From Minisyncoccia bacterium (GTDB taxonomy: Bacteria; Patescibacteriota; Minisyncoccia; Phycocordibacterales; UBA9973): DNA of 64,000 nucleotides. The translations under genes and the position numbers were made by a program. The notes under the pieces were generated by a model, which was not told the origin of the DNA, made no database searches, and was given only the letters and a program-made list of their open reading frames with translations. The DNA lies in the NCBI GenBank assembly GCA_044229265.1, contig JBGATK010000001.1, positions 35,776 to 99,775 of the forward strand, read 5' to 3'. This document shows, piece after piece, positions 40,522-49,040 of this stretch; the stretch's first letter is position 1; the number at the start of each line of letters is the position of its first letter.

Positions 40522-40896
40522 TTAGTGAACCATTGATACTGTTCTTCCTTCAATTTTTGATACATAAAGAAAAAATTCAACCCAATCCTCTTTTAGGTAA
40601 CCTAAAAACATGCCTTCATTAAATTCACACCATCTTACACAATCTTTTTCCCACTGTTCTTTAGTGAGTTTACATTTACTTGATCTACCAATTTGGAAAC
40701 GAATAATTCCTAATGACAAACACTCTTTAATCTCTTTTTCCTTAGTATGATCAAAATCTTTGGATTCTAAAAACATTTTGATAATACCTTCTTTAAACCC
40801 TGTGTGATCAGCAAGTGTAGCTAACATTGAAAAGTTTTCAGTACTTATGTTTTGATTTTTAAGTAAAGAAATAGCCATTTCTCTAAAATTTTTCAT
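40522..40896 (-). CDS. Hypothetical protein
   Basis: 124-aa ORF bounded by its own terminators. Confidence 0.55.
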   Translation of the reverse strand: MKNFREMAISLLKNQNISTENFSMLATLADHTGFKEGIIKMFLESKDFDHTKEKEIKECLSLGIIRFQIGRSSKCKLTKEQWEKDCVRWCEFNEGMFLGYLKEDWVEFFLYVSKIEGRTVSMVH

Positions 40897-40967
40897 ATCT
40901 GTGTTTTTAATTATAAATTAAACAATATAAATTCCCCCTATTTTTAACACTAAATAAAAAATAATGC

Positions 40968-41008
40968 AAACTAAAAAACCTGAATATGATGTTCAGGTTT
41001 TTTAGTTT
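40968..41008. terminator. Intrinsic terminator after the NYN gene
   Basis: AAACTAAAAAACCTGAA-tatgatg-TTCAGGTTTTTTAGTTT. Confidence 0.75.
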
Positions 41009-41019
41009 ATTTTTACAAT

Positions 41020-41529
41020 TTATCTAGCGCCGATGATGTATTTGCGAGGATTGTCGGATAGGTCGACGAAGTCGTCGACTGTTTCGATCAGTGCTGAGGA
41101 AGTTGATTTTCCAAAGGAAACCACTTCGACTTGCACACCCATAGTCTGCAAATATTCTACGAGGGGTATATAGTCGCCATCACCACTAATGATGACTACA
41201 GAGTCTAGTCGTGGAGCCATCTTGATGGCATCCACAGTCAAGCCTACATCCCAATCACCCTTTTTTGTACCAGAGTGAAATACTTGCAGGTCTTTTGTCT
41301 TGGTTTCAATGCCGAGCTTTGTAAGGGCTTCGAAAAAATTCTTCTCGTCACCTGCTTCGGTAGTGATGACATAAGCCACAGCTCGCACGAGCTTGCGCCC
41401 TGCTACTGCATCTTTCAAAACCACACCAAAATTTACCCGTCCTTTATATAAATTGCGAGCAGAGTGATACAAATTTTGTGTATCTATGAACACGCCCACA
41501 CGTTGTTCTTTATGTTTAATTACAGTCAT
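41020..41529 (-). CDS. NYN domain (LabA/DUF88) protein
   Basis: FIDTQNLY, KGDWDVGL.VD, SGDGDY.PLV. Confidence 0.92.
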   Translation of the reverse strand: MTVIKHKEQRVGVFIDTQNLYHSARNLYKGRVNFGVVLKDAVAGRKLVRAVAYVITTEAGDEKNFFEALTKLGIETKTKDLQVFHSGTKKGDWDVGLTVDAIKMAPRLDSVVIISGDGDYIPLVEYLQTMGVQVEVVSFGKSTSSALIETVDDFVDLSDNPRKYIIGAR

Positions 41530-41619
41530 ATATTTAAATTTGTTCTTTACTTGCCCCGTATGAAGCCTATGGCTTTCGTTCGGGGTGTTTTATTACTGTC
41601 ATATATTTTATTAAAAATT

Positions 41620-41682
41620 CTTGTCCTGCGTAGCTTCTTGTCCTCCCGAAACTTTACGTGAAGGAGGATAGCGAAGCAGGGA
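41620..41682 (-). mobile_element. Nested family-A hairpin elements (inner copy 41637-41668 in the loop of the outer copy)
   Basis: Removing 41637-41668 restores CTTGTCCTGCGTAGCTTTAGCGAAGCAGGGA. Confidence 0.85.
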
Positions 41683-41741
41683 TTAAATTCGACCTTTGTT
41701 ATATTTTAGCATACAAATAAATAAACTCCTTTTGAAGGAGT

Positions 41742-42005
41742 TTATTTAAGTTCTAATTTTTTAGTTAAAGCGTCGTAGCGAGCTTTGTCTTTTCTTTCTA
41801 AGTATTTCAGATGTCCACGGCGATCCGCAACCATCTTGATAAGACCTCGGCGTGAGCCATTGTCTTTCTTGTGCTTCTTCAAATGTTTTGAAAGTTCATC
41901 AATTTGAGCAGACAAAACAGAAACTTGCACTTCGGCAGAGCCAGTATCCTTCTCGTGAACTTGGCTTTTCTTTATTATTGCTTGTTTTTTCTTTGTAGCT
42001 AACAT
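41742..42005 (-). CDS. rpsO: 30S ribosomal protein S15
   Basis: DTGSAEVQV, HKKD..SRRGL.KMV..RR..L.YL; start MLATKKK at 42005. Confidence 0.97.
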   Translation of the reverse strand: MLATKKKQAIIKKSQVHEKDTGSAEVQVSVLSAQIDELSKHLKKHKKDNGSRRGLIKMVADRRGHLKYLERKDKARYDALTKKLELK

Positions 42006-42150
42006 GCTTATAATATAGCATATTTCATAAAAAAATGCAAGGTCTCTGCATTTAATGTGCAGACCGCAGTCCTGAACCGAGCTTTGCTCTGGTTTAGGGC
42101 AATACCTACCCCAAATATTGGGCGACACAATAATATGCTAAAATAATACT

Positions 42151-43098
42151 ATGAAAAACGAGTTATCTAACCTAAAAAGACAATTTCTAGAATACCTGGA
42201 AATAGAAAAAGGTTCTGCGTTGCGCACTATAGAGAATTATGACCATTATTTAACGAAGATTTTTGAAAATGGGGGTTTTGAAAAAGTAGATGATATCACT
42301 CCTGAAGCAATTCGTGAATATCGCCTCAAATTAAATCGCCAAATTAGTGGCAATAACAAAAAATCTGGCAAAACCACTAGCAAAAAAACTCAAAATTACT
42401 ACATGATAGCTCTGCGCATGTTTTTAAAATACTTAGCCAAGCGAGATATCACTGCTATGCCAGCCGATAAAATAGAACTTGCAAAGATTCCCGAACGTTC
42501 ACTCGACTTAATAACTCCCGCTGAACTCTCGCGCCTACTAAACGCACCTCTGCTTCGTCAAGACTTCGCAGGGCAAGCCAAAAATATAGACATAAAAACA
42601 CTTAGAGATAAAGCAATATTGGAATTACTTTTTTCTACAGGACTTCGTGTTTCCGAACTATGCTCACTGACAAATGACATAGATATAAATACCGAAGAGT
42701 TTGCAATTCGTGGAAAAGGCGGAAAGGTTCGCGTGGTGTTCGTATCCGATGAAGCACGCAGTGCTGTAAAAGCTTACCAAAATGCTCGCAAAGACATGAA
42801 TGATGCGATGTTTGTGCAAGTAGGCAAAGAAATAAAAAGCAAAGAACCTACCCCGCTGACCCGCCGATCAATCGAAAGAATTGTAAAAAGTTATGCTACT
42901 AAAGCTGGTATTTATAAAAAAGTTACCCCGCACGTACTGCGACACTCATTTGCCACTGATCTACTTAGTAATGGTGCGGATATTCGCAGTGTGCAAATAA
43001 TGCTCGGCCACGCTAGTATTTCAACTACTCAAGTTTACACTCACCTTACCGACAAACAACTTCGTGATACACATAAAAAATTCCACGGAAAAAGATAA
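42151..43098 (+). CDS. xerC: Tyrosine recombinase, XerC/XerD family
   Basis: RD.AILELLFSTGLRVSEL, GKGGK.R, TPHVLRHSFAT.LL.NGAD.R.VQ..LGH..I.TTQ.YTH. Confidence 0.88.
   Translation: MKNELSNLKRQFLEYLEIEKGSALRTIENYDHYLTKIFENGGFEKVDDITPEAIREYRLKLNRQISGNNKKSGKTTSKKTQNYYMIALRMFLKYLAKRDITAMPADKIELAKIPERSLDLITPAELSRLLNAPLLRQDFAGQAKNIDIKTLRDKAILELLFSTGLRVSELCSLTNDIDINTEEFAIRGKGGKVRVVFVSDEARSAVKAYQNARKDMNDAMFVQVGKEIKSKEPTPLTRRSIERIVKSYATKAGIYKKVTPHVLRHSFATDLLSNGADIRSVQIMLGHASISTTQVYTHLTDKQLRDTHKKFHGKR
42547..42577 (+). repeat. Family-A hairpin element in frame within the xer gene
   Basis: CCTCTGCTTCGTCAAGACTTCGCAGGGCAAG; encodes PLLRQDFAGQ. Confidence 0.8.
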
Positions 43099-43109
43099 TA
43101 AATAAATCC

Positions 43110-43218
43110 AACTTTTGGTAATAATTTTTTAGAGACATTGCGCAGGCGGACGCGCCGAGCATAGCAAATTTTCAGCAGAAAATTATGTGTGTCGATAAAA
43201 AATTGATTAGCAAAAGTT
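43110..43218. repeat. About 110-nt structured element (long terminal stem, internal TTC-AGCA-GAA hairpin), intergenic copy
   Basis: AACTTTTGGTAATAATTTTTT pairs with AAAAAATTGATTAGCAAAAGTT; AATTTTC-AGCA-GAAAATT inside. Confidence 0.6.
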
Positions 43219-43234
43219 ATGCTATTATTAAAAC

Positions 43235-44020
43235 ATGAAAATCATCAGCTGGAACACAAATGGCCTACGCGCTACTATAAAGCAAGGACACTTTGAACCC
43301 TTATTCAAAAAATACAAACCAGACATAGTGTGTTTCCAAGAAACTAAATCTGAAGAAATTCAAATTCCTGAAAAATACAGAAATTTTCTAGGTTATCATT
43401 CTTATTTCTCACATTCCAAAGAAAGAAAGGGCTACAGCGGCACCGCTATTTATTCTAAAGAAAAACCAATAGAAGTTTTTGAAGGCATGGAGAAAATTCT
43501 CGGAAAAAGTGCAAAAATTTTCGATACCGAAGGGCGTCTCCTGACTGCTCGCTATAAAGATTTTACTCTTATCACTGGATACTATCCAAATGGGGGCCAA
43601 GGTCCACACCGCCTCGAATACAAATTAAAATTTTATGATATGTTTTTGAAATTTATTTTAAAACTCCGCGCTGCTGGCGAAAATGTTATTTTCTGCGGAG
43701 ATGTAAACACTGCGCACGAAGCCATCGACCTCGCCCGCCCAAAAGCCAACGAAGAAAATACTGGCTTCCTCCCCATCGAGCGCGCATGGATTACAAAAGT
43801 CATCAAAAATAATTTCCTCGATGTCTGGCGAGAAATGAACCCAAATAAAAAAGATGTCTATACATACTGGGATCAAAAGACTGCTTCGAGGGAACGCAAT
43901 GTCGGCTGGCGTATAGATTACTTTTTTGCAGACAAGCCCCTGATGAAAAAAATAAAATCTGCTGGAATGCTTAGCGACTACATGGGCTCAGACCACTGCC
44001 CTATCTTGCTTGAACTATAA
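43235..44020 (+). CDS. xth: Exodeoxyribonuclease III / AP endonuclease
   Basis: SWN.NGLR, QETK, GYSG.A, EGR, Y.PNG, GDVN.AH, GWRIDY, GSDHCP. Confidence 0.96.
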   Translation: MKIISWNTNGLRATIKQGHFEPLFKKYKPDIVCFQETKSEEIQIPEKYRNFLGYHSYFSHSKERKGYSGTAIYSKEKPIEVFEGMEKILGKSAKIFDTEGRLLTARYKDFTLITGYYPNGGQGPHRLEYKLKFYDMFLKFILKLRAAGENVIFCGDVNTAHEAIDLARPKANEENTGFLPIERAWITKVIKNNFLDVWREMNPNKKDVYTYWDQKTASRERNVGWRIDYFFADKPLMKKIKSAGMLSDYMGSDHCPILLEL

Positions 44021-44040
44021 AAATAGCTATACTAAAGAAT

Positions 44041-44931
44041 ATGTACAATAACATAGAGAATCCAAATTCCAACAAACAAGTAAGTAGCCAAGTAATGGAA
44101 TCGACAGAAATAGATTTAGATGAAATAAAAATATCTAAATTAAAATCACAAAAGGAAGACATTTTAAATTCAAATAATTTTTCATCTAAGAAAGAAATCT
44201 TGGGTGGCAATATTGGTGACGCAACTTTTGTATCCATAGAAGGTGACGGTAATGGAGTATTTAAACCACACACTAAATATAATTATGACCCAGAAAGAAA
44301 AATGAATTTTATCAATAGCGAGCGAGCAGCATATTTATTTAGTCAGTTTTTAGGTTTTGACATTGTTCCACTCACAATAGTAAAAAATGTAGAATATCGA
44401 AATACTGAGGATAATGATAATGATGTCATCACCCAAATAGGAAGCTTGCAAGAATTTATAGAAAATGCCGAGGAAGGTCGTGAATGCAACATAGCCGAAA
44501 TTCCTAAATTAGAAATTTTAAAACTTCATATTTTTGATATTATTATTGCCAACGACGATAGGCATGGAGCAAATTTTTTAATTAAAAACAATAAAATTTA
44601 TGCTATTGATAACGGATTAGCCCTAAAAAAAACAGACCTTCTTGATATAAATATTGAAAGTAATAGACCGTTAGTAAATAATGACTACTTAATAAAAATT
44701 TCACAAAATGATGAATTACCTGCTGAAATTACTAATAAAATAAAAGAATTACTAAAATGGGAAAATGGTGTAAAAATTTTAAAGCAACAAATAGAAGAGT
44801 TATTAGGGAAAGAAGTAGCAGAAATATCTATAGAAAGATTAAAAATCTTATCAGATTGCATCAATGAAGAAAATAAATTTGACATAAATAATTTTAAACA
44901 ATCAATTCGTGAATTAAAAAGGAAGTCTTAA
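44041..44931 (+). CDS. PI3/PI4-kinase-like or HipA-like atypical kinase
   Basis: GVFKP, ERAAY, GSLQEF, FD..IAN.DRH..N.L, IDNG. Confidence 0.75.
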   Translation: MYNNIENPNSNKQVSSQVMESTEIDLDEIKISKLKSQKEDILNSNNFSSKKEILGGNIGDATFVSIEGDGNGVFKPHTKYNYDPERKMNFINSERAAYLFSQFLGFDIVPLTIVKNVEYRNTEDNDNDVITQIGSLQEFIENAEEGRECNIAEIPKLEILKLHIFDIIIANDDRHGANFLIKNNKIYAIDNGLALKKTDLLDINIESNRPLVNNDYLIKISQNDELPAEITNKIKELLKWENGVKILKQQIEELLGKEVAEISIERLKILSDCINEENKFDINNFKQSIRELKRKS

Positions 44932-44956
44932 ATAGACACACTAACTAATAAAAAAT

Positions 44957-45217
44957 ATGAAATACGTAGAAATATATAAATTGCAAAATAATGGGGATCA
45001 AAAGGTAGTGTTAAAATGCTTTTTACGTGGAGAAAATGTAGAGTTTGAAGGTGAAGGAGAACAATTAGCAAAAAACTTAATCACTGATGGAATCAAGAAC
45101 TATCTTGAAGAATCCATTGAAGCCTTGTATCCCAAAGATGGCTTAAAATTTCTACAAAACATGATGTATAATTTCACTTCTGGATATTTAAATGCATCTG
45201 ATGTGCTAGAACAATAG
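44957..45217 (+). CDS. Small hypothetical protein coupled to the kinase gene
   Basis: 86-aa ORF 25 nt downstream of the kinase; P.DG..FL..M...F.SGY motif. Confidence 0.65.
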   Translation: MKYVEIYKLQNNGDQKVVLKCFLRGENVEFEGEGEQLAKNLITDGIKNYLEESIEALYPKDGLKFLQNMMYNFTSGYLNASDVLEQ

Positions 45218-45232
45218 AAACCCAGAAACTCA

Positions 45233-45420
45233 AATCCTAGCGACAAAAAATAAACTTTTGCTATAATATAAATATGCTTAAATCAACAAGGCTCGATGAA
45301 CTCGCCGACGGTATCTTTGCTATTTTAATGACAACTCTGATGAAAAAAATAAAATCTGCTGGAATGCTTAGCGACTACATGGGCTCAGACCACTGCCCTA
45401 TAAGTCTTGAATTAAAATAA
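45233..45420 (+). repeat. Composite duplication: mscS end/TMEM175 start (copy of 46332-46423) joined to the xth 3' end (copy of 43940-44004)
   Basis: 92 bp with one mismatch, then 65 bp identical; forms a 48-aa chimeric ORF at 45274-45420. Confidence 0.9.
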
Positions 45421-45491
45421 AATTTAACATTTAGAATTTTTGTGTTATACCCGTACACTTAAATTTGTAAAAAATTAAGTGTTGGGGTATA

Positions 45492-46352
45492 TTGAAAAAT
45501 ATGGATATTTTTGAATTTTTTGGACAATTTAATACCCACCAAACTACAATACTTTGGGTTTTGTTTGGACTTCTTATCATAGAAGTTTATTTACGCATAG
45601 CCAAAAAGAAACTCAAAGTAAAATATAAATACAATAAAGATAAAGTCGAAGATTTTGAAGACATGGAAAAGATCTGGATTGAGTATTACAAAAAGAATCA
45701 AAATTTATTCGTCATTCGTGTTATCAGTATTTTTATCGCCATAGCGGTAATATTGGTGAGTTTTGATGTAAATGCTTTTAATTTGCTCGCAGTAGTAGCC
45801 GGTGCGACGATAATTATTTTCCGTGATTATATATTTTCTTTTATTACATTTTTCTATATAATTTCTATCTATAAAATCGGTGATGACGTAAAAACAGATA
45901 CAATCTTAGGAGAAATACTACGCATCAATCCCCTGTATGTAGCCATAGCCGGTAAAGATGAAGATGGTGAATACAATGGCAAATTACATCGTGTTCCAAA
46001 TAGTATTTTCATTACTCAAAAAATAGAAGCCCAAGAACTAAAAGCAGATGATTATCGTAGAGTAATGATAACTGCAGTATTTTCAACTGAAAAATTCATG
46101 GATGGTTTTAGTATATGGTTAGACAAAGTAAGAAATTTCTTAGAAGAAACATTGCCAGCTCGCACACTAGAACGTGTAGGACATTTTAAAGGATATCTAG
46201 GTGTAAAATATAAAATTAATTTTGATTATAATGATAAAGGTGATACAGTGGTGCGCATTTCATTCATTGCTCGCCCACCAAAAAATATAGAACTAAAAGA
46301 AAAAATCATAGAATATATTGAAACTCTACGTAATCCTAGCGACAAAAAATAA
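45492..46352 (+). CDS. MscS-family mechanosensitive channel domain protein
   Basis: Three TM segments; YKIGD.V.....GE...I, VPNS. Confidence 0.7.
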   Translation: MKNMDIFEFFGQFNTHQTTILWVLFGLLIIEVYLRIAKKKLKVKYKYNKDKVEDFEDMEKIWIEYYKKNQNLFVIRVISIFIAIAVILVSFDVNAFNLLAVVAGATIIIFRDYIFSFITFFYIISIYKIGDDVKTDTILGEILRINPLYVAIAGKDEDGEYNGKLHRVPNSIFITQKIEAQELKADDYRRVMITAVFSTEKFMDGFSIWLDKVRNFLEETLPARTLERVGHFKGYLGVKYKINFDYNDKGDTVVRISFIARPPKNIELKEKIIEYIETLRNPSDKK

Positions 46353-46372
46353 ACTTTTGCTATAATATAAAT

Positions 46373-46999
46373 ATGCTCAAATCAACAAGGCTCGATGAAC
46401 TCGCCGACGGTATCTTTGCTATTGTGATGACGATACTGGTTTTTGAAATAAAAATTCCAGATGCTCTCGGAGAAATTTCAAATTTTGAACTTTGGAAACA
46501 CTTGGTAAACCTTATTCCTTCTATGCTTTCTTATATACTTTCTTTTGCTTTACTATTTACTTACTGGCGAGCACACCACTTCTTTATATCTGTATATGCA
46601 AAAAATATCGACACTGCCCTTATGAATATAAATGGTTTCTTTTTCATGATCATTGCTCTCATCCCCTTTTCAGCCAGCGTTCTTGGTCAGCACAGTAATA
46701 ATGAACTTTCTATAATTCTTTTTGGTAGCAATATCGTAATCATTGGTCTTACTCTTTATTTTATGCGTAGATATGTACTATACTCACCTCATATTAAAAA
46801 TCCTGAAATAACTCATCGTGAACTTTTTGGATCCACTGTTCGAACCATGGTGCCAGTGATATTCGCGCTCATAGCTATATCACTTTCTTTTTGGAATACG
46901 ACTTTATCACTCGCTCTTTTTACACTAGCGGTAATATTTAATTTACTACCACAAAGCACAACACTAGCCGAAAAATTCTTCCATCATGAAGAAGAATAA
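46373..46999 (+). CDS. TMEM175-family potassium channel
   Basis: RLDELADGIFAIVMTILV, YW.AHH, LIPFS. Confidence 0.9.
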   Translation: MLKSTRLDELADGIFAIVMTILVFEIKIPDALGEISNFELWKHLVNLIPSMLSYILSFALLFTYWRAHHFFISVYAKNIDTALMNINGFFFMIIALIPFSASVLGQHSNNELSIILFGSNIVIIGLTLYFMRRYVLYSPHIKNPEITHRELFGSTVRTMVPVIFALIAISLSFWNTTLSLALFTLAVIFNLLPQSTTLAEKFFHHEEE

Positions 47000-47025
47000 C
47001 AAATAACTAAGGCTTTTTTTATTAA

Positions 47026-48633
47026 TTATTTTCTAACTCCGTGCTTGCTATGCAATTTTTCTACCTCAGCTTCTTCAAGCTCTTCTTTTTTTTCTTTAGC
47101 TTTTTCGCCTAGGGCTCGCAGGTCTGCATCAGAAAGTTGCTCTAGTTCCCCTACTCTATTTTTTAAATATTCTATTTCATTCTTTTCTGGATTTTCCAAT
47201 ACTTCTTCTAGTAATGCATTTAATATCCATCCCATTCTCGGCCCCGGCTTCATTTGCATATCTTTCATAAGAAAATTTCCATCAATTTTTAATTGAGATA
47301 CCGATATAGGGTCCCGCAGGCATTCCTCTATCATCGCATGATATTTGCGCAAGCGGTAAGGTGCCTCTTTTTTGGCCATACCTACCCTGTCGCATTCTCG
47401 CACTTTCATTAAAGTCCAAATCGGATGTTCGTAAGAATCATCCGATTTGTCCTGCGTAGCTTTATGCGAAGCAGGACCCTTGTCCTCCGAAGCTTTAGCG
47501 AAGGAGGATACTTTCACAATTATTCGGCGCACTGCAGAAAGAGTGATCTGCTCTGTATCAGAGAAAAACATATGATTCCTCACCAAACTCTCCACCATAT
47601 TTATTTCATCACGAGAAAATTTCATCCGCTCCATTATCTTCTTTGCCATCCGCGCACCCACTACTTCATGACCATAAAATGTATAAGCTTTCTTTTCCCC
47701 CCTCCTGCGAGTTCTCGGCTTGCCTATATCGTGCATAAGGGCAGACATACGAATAACAAACGACCAATTTTTATCTGCCGCGTGGCCGAGTGCCTGAACT
47801 AAGTGTTCAAACACATCATACCTATGTGCACCTCCCTGCTCACAATTTATTCCTTCTTCGAGTTCTGGGATAATATATTTTAATAAACCAAATTTTTGCA
47901 ACATTCCAATTCCAGACATTGGATTATTCGACATAATTATTTTTACAAATTCATCTCTAATTCTTTCTTGCGAAATATTTTTTATCAAATCTGCATTTTT
48001 TACGATACTTGTCATCGTCTCGCCTGATATAGCAAAATCAAGTTCGCAAGCAAAACGAACTGCGCGAAGCATTCGAAGTGCATCCTCATTGAATCTCTCA
48101 TCCGCATTACCTACTGTTCTTATTACTTTGTCCTTTATGTCCTTTATACCCCCAAACATGTCTGTTATGCTTATTTTTTCTTTTGCACTATTAGACATAG
48201 CGAGTGAATTCACTGTAAAATCACGTCTTTTAAGATCATCTTCTATGTTTTGACTAAACCTTACCTCGTCTGGGTGCCTATTATCACTATATTTACCTTC
48301 TAGTCGATACGGAGTAACCTCTATAGTTTCATAAGAAACATCTTCTTCTTGTCCAGATCCGACTTGGACAGATGTTTCAAGTGAAACTTTAGGTATAAAT
48401 ACTGCCACAGTACCAAATTTATTTTCATAAACAGTTTTTTCAAATAAAGATATAATCTGATCTGGTGTAGCATTAGTTGTCAGATCCCAATCCTTTGGTT
48501 TTCTATCTAAAATCAAATCTCTAACACAACCACCAACTAAAAAGGCTGAAAAACCTCCCTGAGAGAGCTTTTCTATCACGATCAATACTTCTTTCGGAAT
48601 GTTTCTTGTGAAATTGTTTGAGTTATTTTCCAT
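47026..48633 (-). CDS. cca: CCA tRNA nucleotidyltransferase with HD domain
   Basis: VGGCVRD..L...PKDWD, DL.RRDFTVN, EDALRMLRA.RF, HDIGKP, GHE.VGA. Confidence 0.95.
   Translation of the reverse strand: MENNSNNFTRNIPKEVLIVIEKLSQGGFSAFLVGGCVRDLILDRKPKDWDLTTNATPDQIISLFEKTVYENKFGTVAVFIPKVSLETSVQVGSGQEEDVSYETIEVTPYRLEGKYSDNRHPDEVRFSQNIEDDLKRRDFTVNSLAMSNSAKEKISITDMFGGIKDIKDKVIRTVGNADERFNEDALRMLRAVRFACELDFAISGETMTSIVKNADLIKNISQERIRDEFVKIIMSNNPMSGIGMLQKFGLLKYIIPELEEGINCEQGGAHRYDVFEHLVQALGHAADKNWSFVIRMSALMHDIGKPRTRRRGEKKAYTFYGHEVVGARMAKKIMERMKFSRDEINMVESLVRNHMFFSDTEQITLSAVRRIIVKVSSFAKASEDKGPASHKATQDKSDDSYEHPIWTLMKVRECDRVGMAKKEAPYRLRKYHAMIEECLRDPISVSQLKIDGNFLMKDMQMKPGPRMGWILNALLEEVLENPEKNEIEYLKNRVGELEQLSDADLRALGEKAKEKKEELEEAEVEKLHSKHGVRK
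47418..47508 (-). repeat. Stack of hairpins in frame in cca: two family-A elements plus a third palindrome
   Basis: 47447-47476 and 47479-47508 match family A; AAATCGGATG...CATCCGATTT at 47418-47448; encodes SSFAKASEDKGPASHKATQDKSDDSYE. Confidence 0.85.
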
Positions 48634-48644
48634 TGGGAAAAATG

Positions 48645-48715
48645 TGCGGCGTAGGAGAATCGAACTCCTGTCTCATCCTTGGCAAGGACGTGTTCTACCA
48701 CTAAACCAACACCGC
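48645..48715 (-). tRNA. tRNA-Gly(GCC)
   Basis: Cloverleaf GCGGTGT...anticodon arm with GCC...GTTCGATTC...ACGCCGCA; no encoded CCA. Confidence 0.95.
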
Positions 48716-48863
48716 ATTTTGTTAATATTTATAAAATAACCTATATATTATATACCTTTTTAGTATAAATGCAAAACTTTAAAAAAAGCTTATAAAATAA
48801 AGCTATTTGTATATATTAAAAATATATTATATAATTTGTTAGTTATTATTTTATTATATTTTC

Positions 48864-48935
48864 GCACCCGTAGTGAAATGGATATCACTACAGTCTTCGG
48901 AACTGTCGTTCCAGGTTCGAATCCTGGCGGGTGCA
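48864..48935 (+). tRNA. tRNA-Arg(TCG)
   Basis: GCACCCG...ACAGT-CT-TCG-GA-ACTGT...GGTTCGAATCC...CGGGTGCA. Confidence 0.95.
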
Positions 48936-48975
48936 CATTAAAGTCCTTGAAACAAATTAAATTTCTGTCCCATAG

Positions 48976-49040
48976 TTATACCCATATAAAATAAGGATTT
49001 TGTTCAAAACTGTGGATAACTATGTGGGTATTGTTTATAA
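48976..49040. promoter_or_regulatory. DnaA-box cluster (candidate oriC element)
   Basis: Perfect TGTGGATAA at 49011; near matches TTATACCCA 48976, TGTTCAAAA 49001, TGTGGGTAT 49023, TGTTTATAA 49032. Confidence 0.55.

Noticed and set aside
42006-42128. N-terminal extension of S15 in the ORF track
   Set aside because: S15 similarity starts at 42005; the extension runs through promoter and hairpin sequence.
43167-43184. Hammerhead ribozyme core in the TTCAGCAGAA hairpin (reverse CTGCTGA)
   Set aside because: It does not match CUGANGA and is locked in a short stem-loop.
42151-46999. Integron (Xer as IntI with cassettes)
   Set aside because: The recombinase looks like a plain XerC/D without an evident IntI-specific insertion; no attC sites were seen and the brackets are gene-end duplications. 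No dif site was recognised either.
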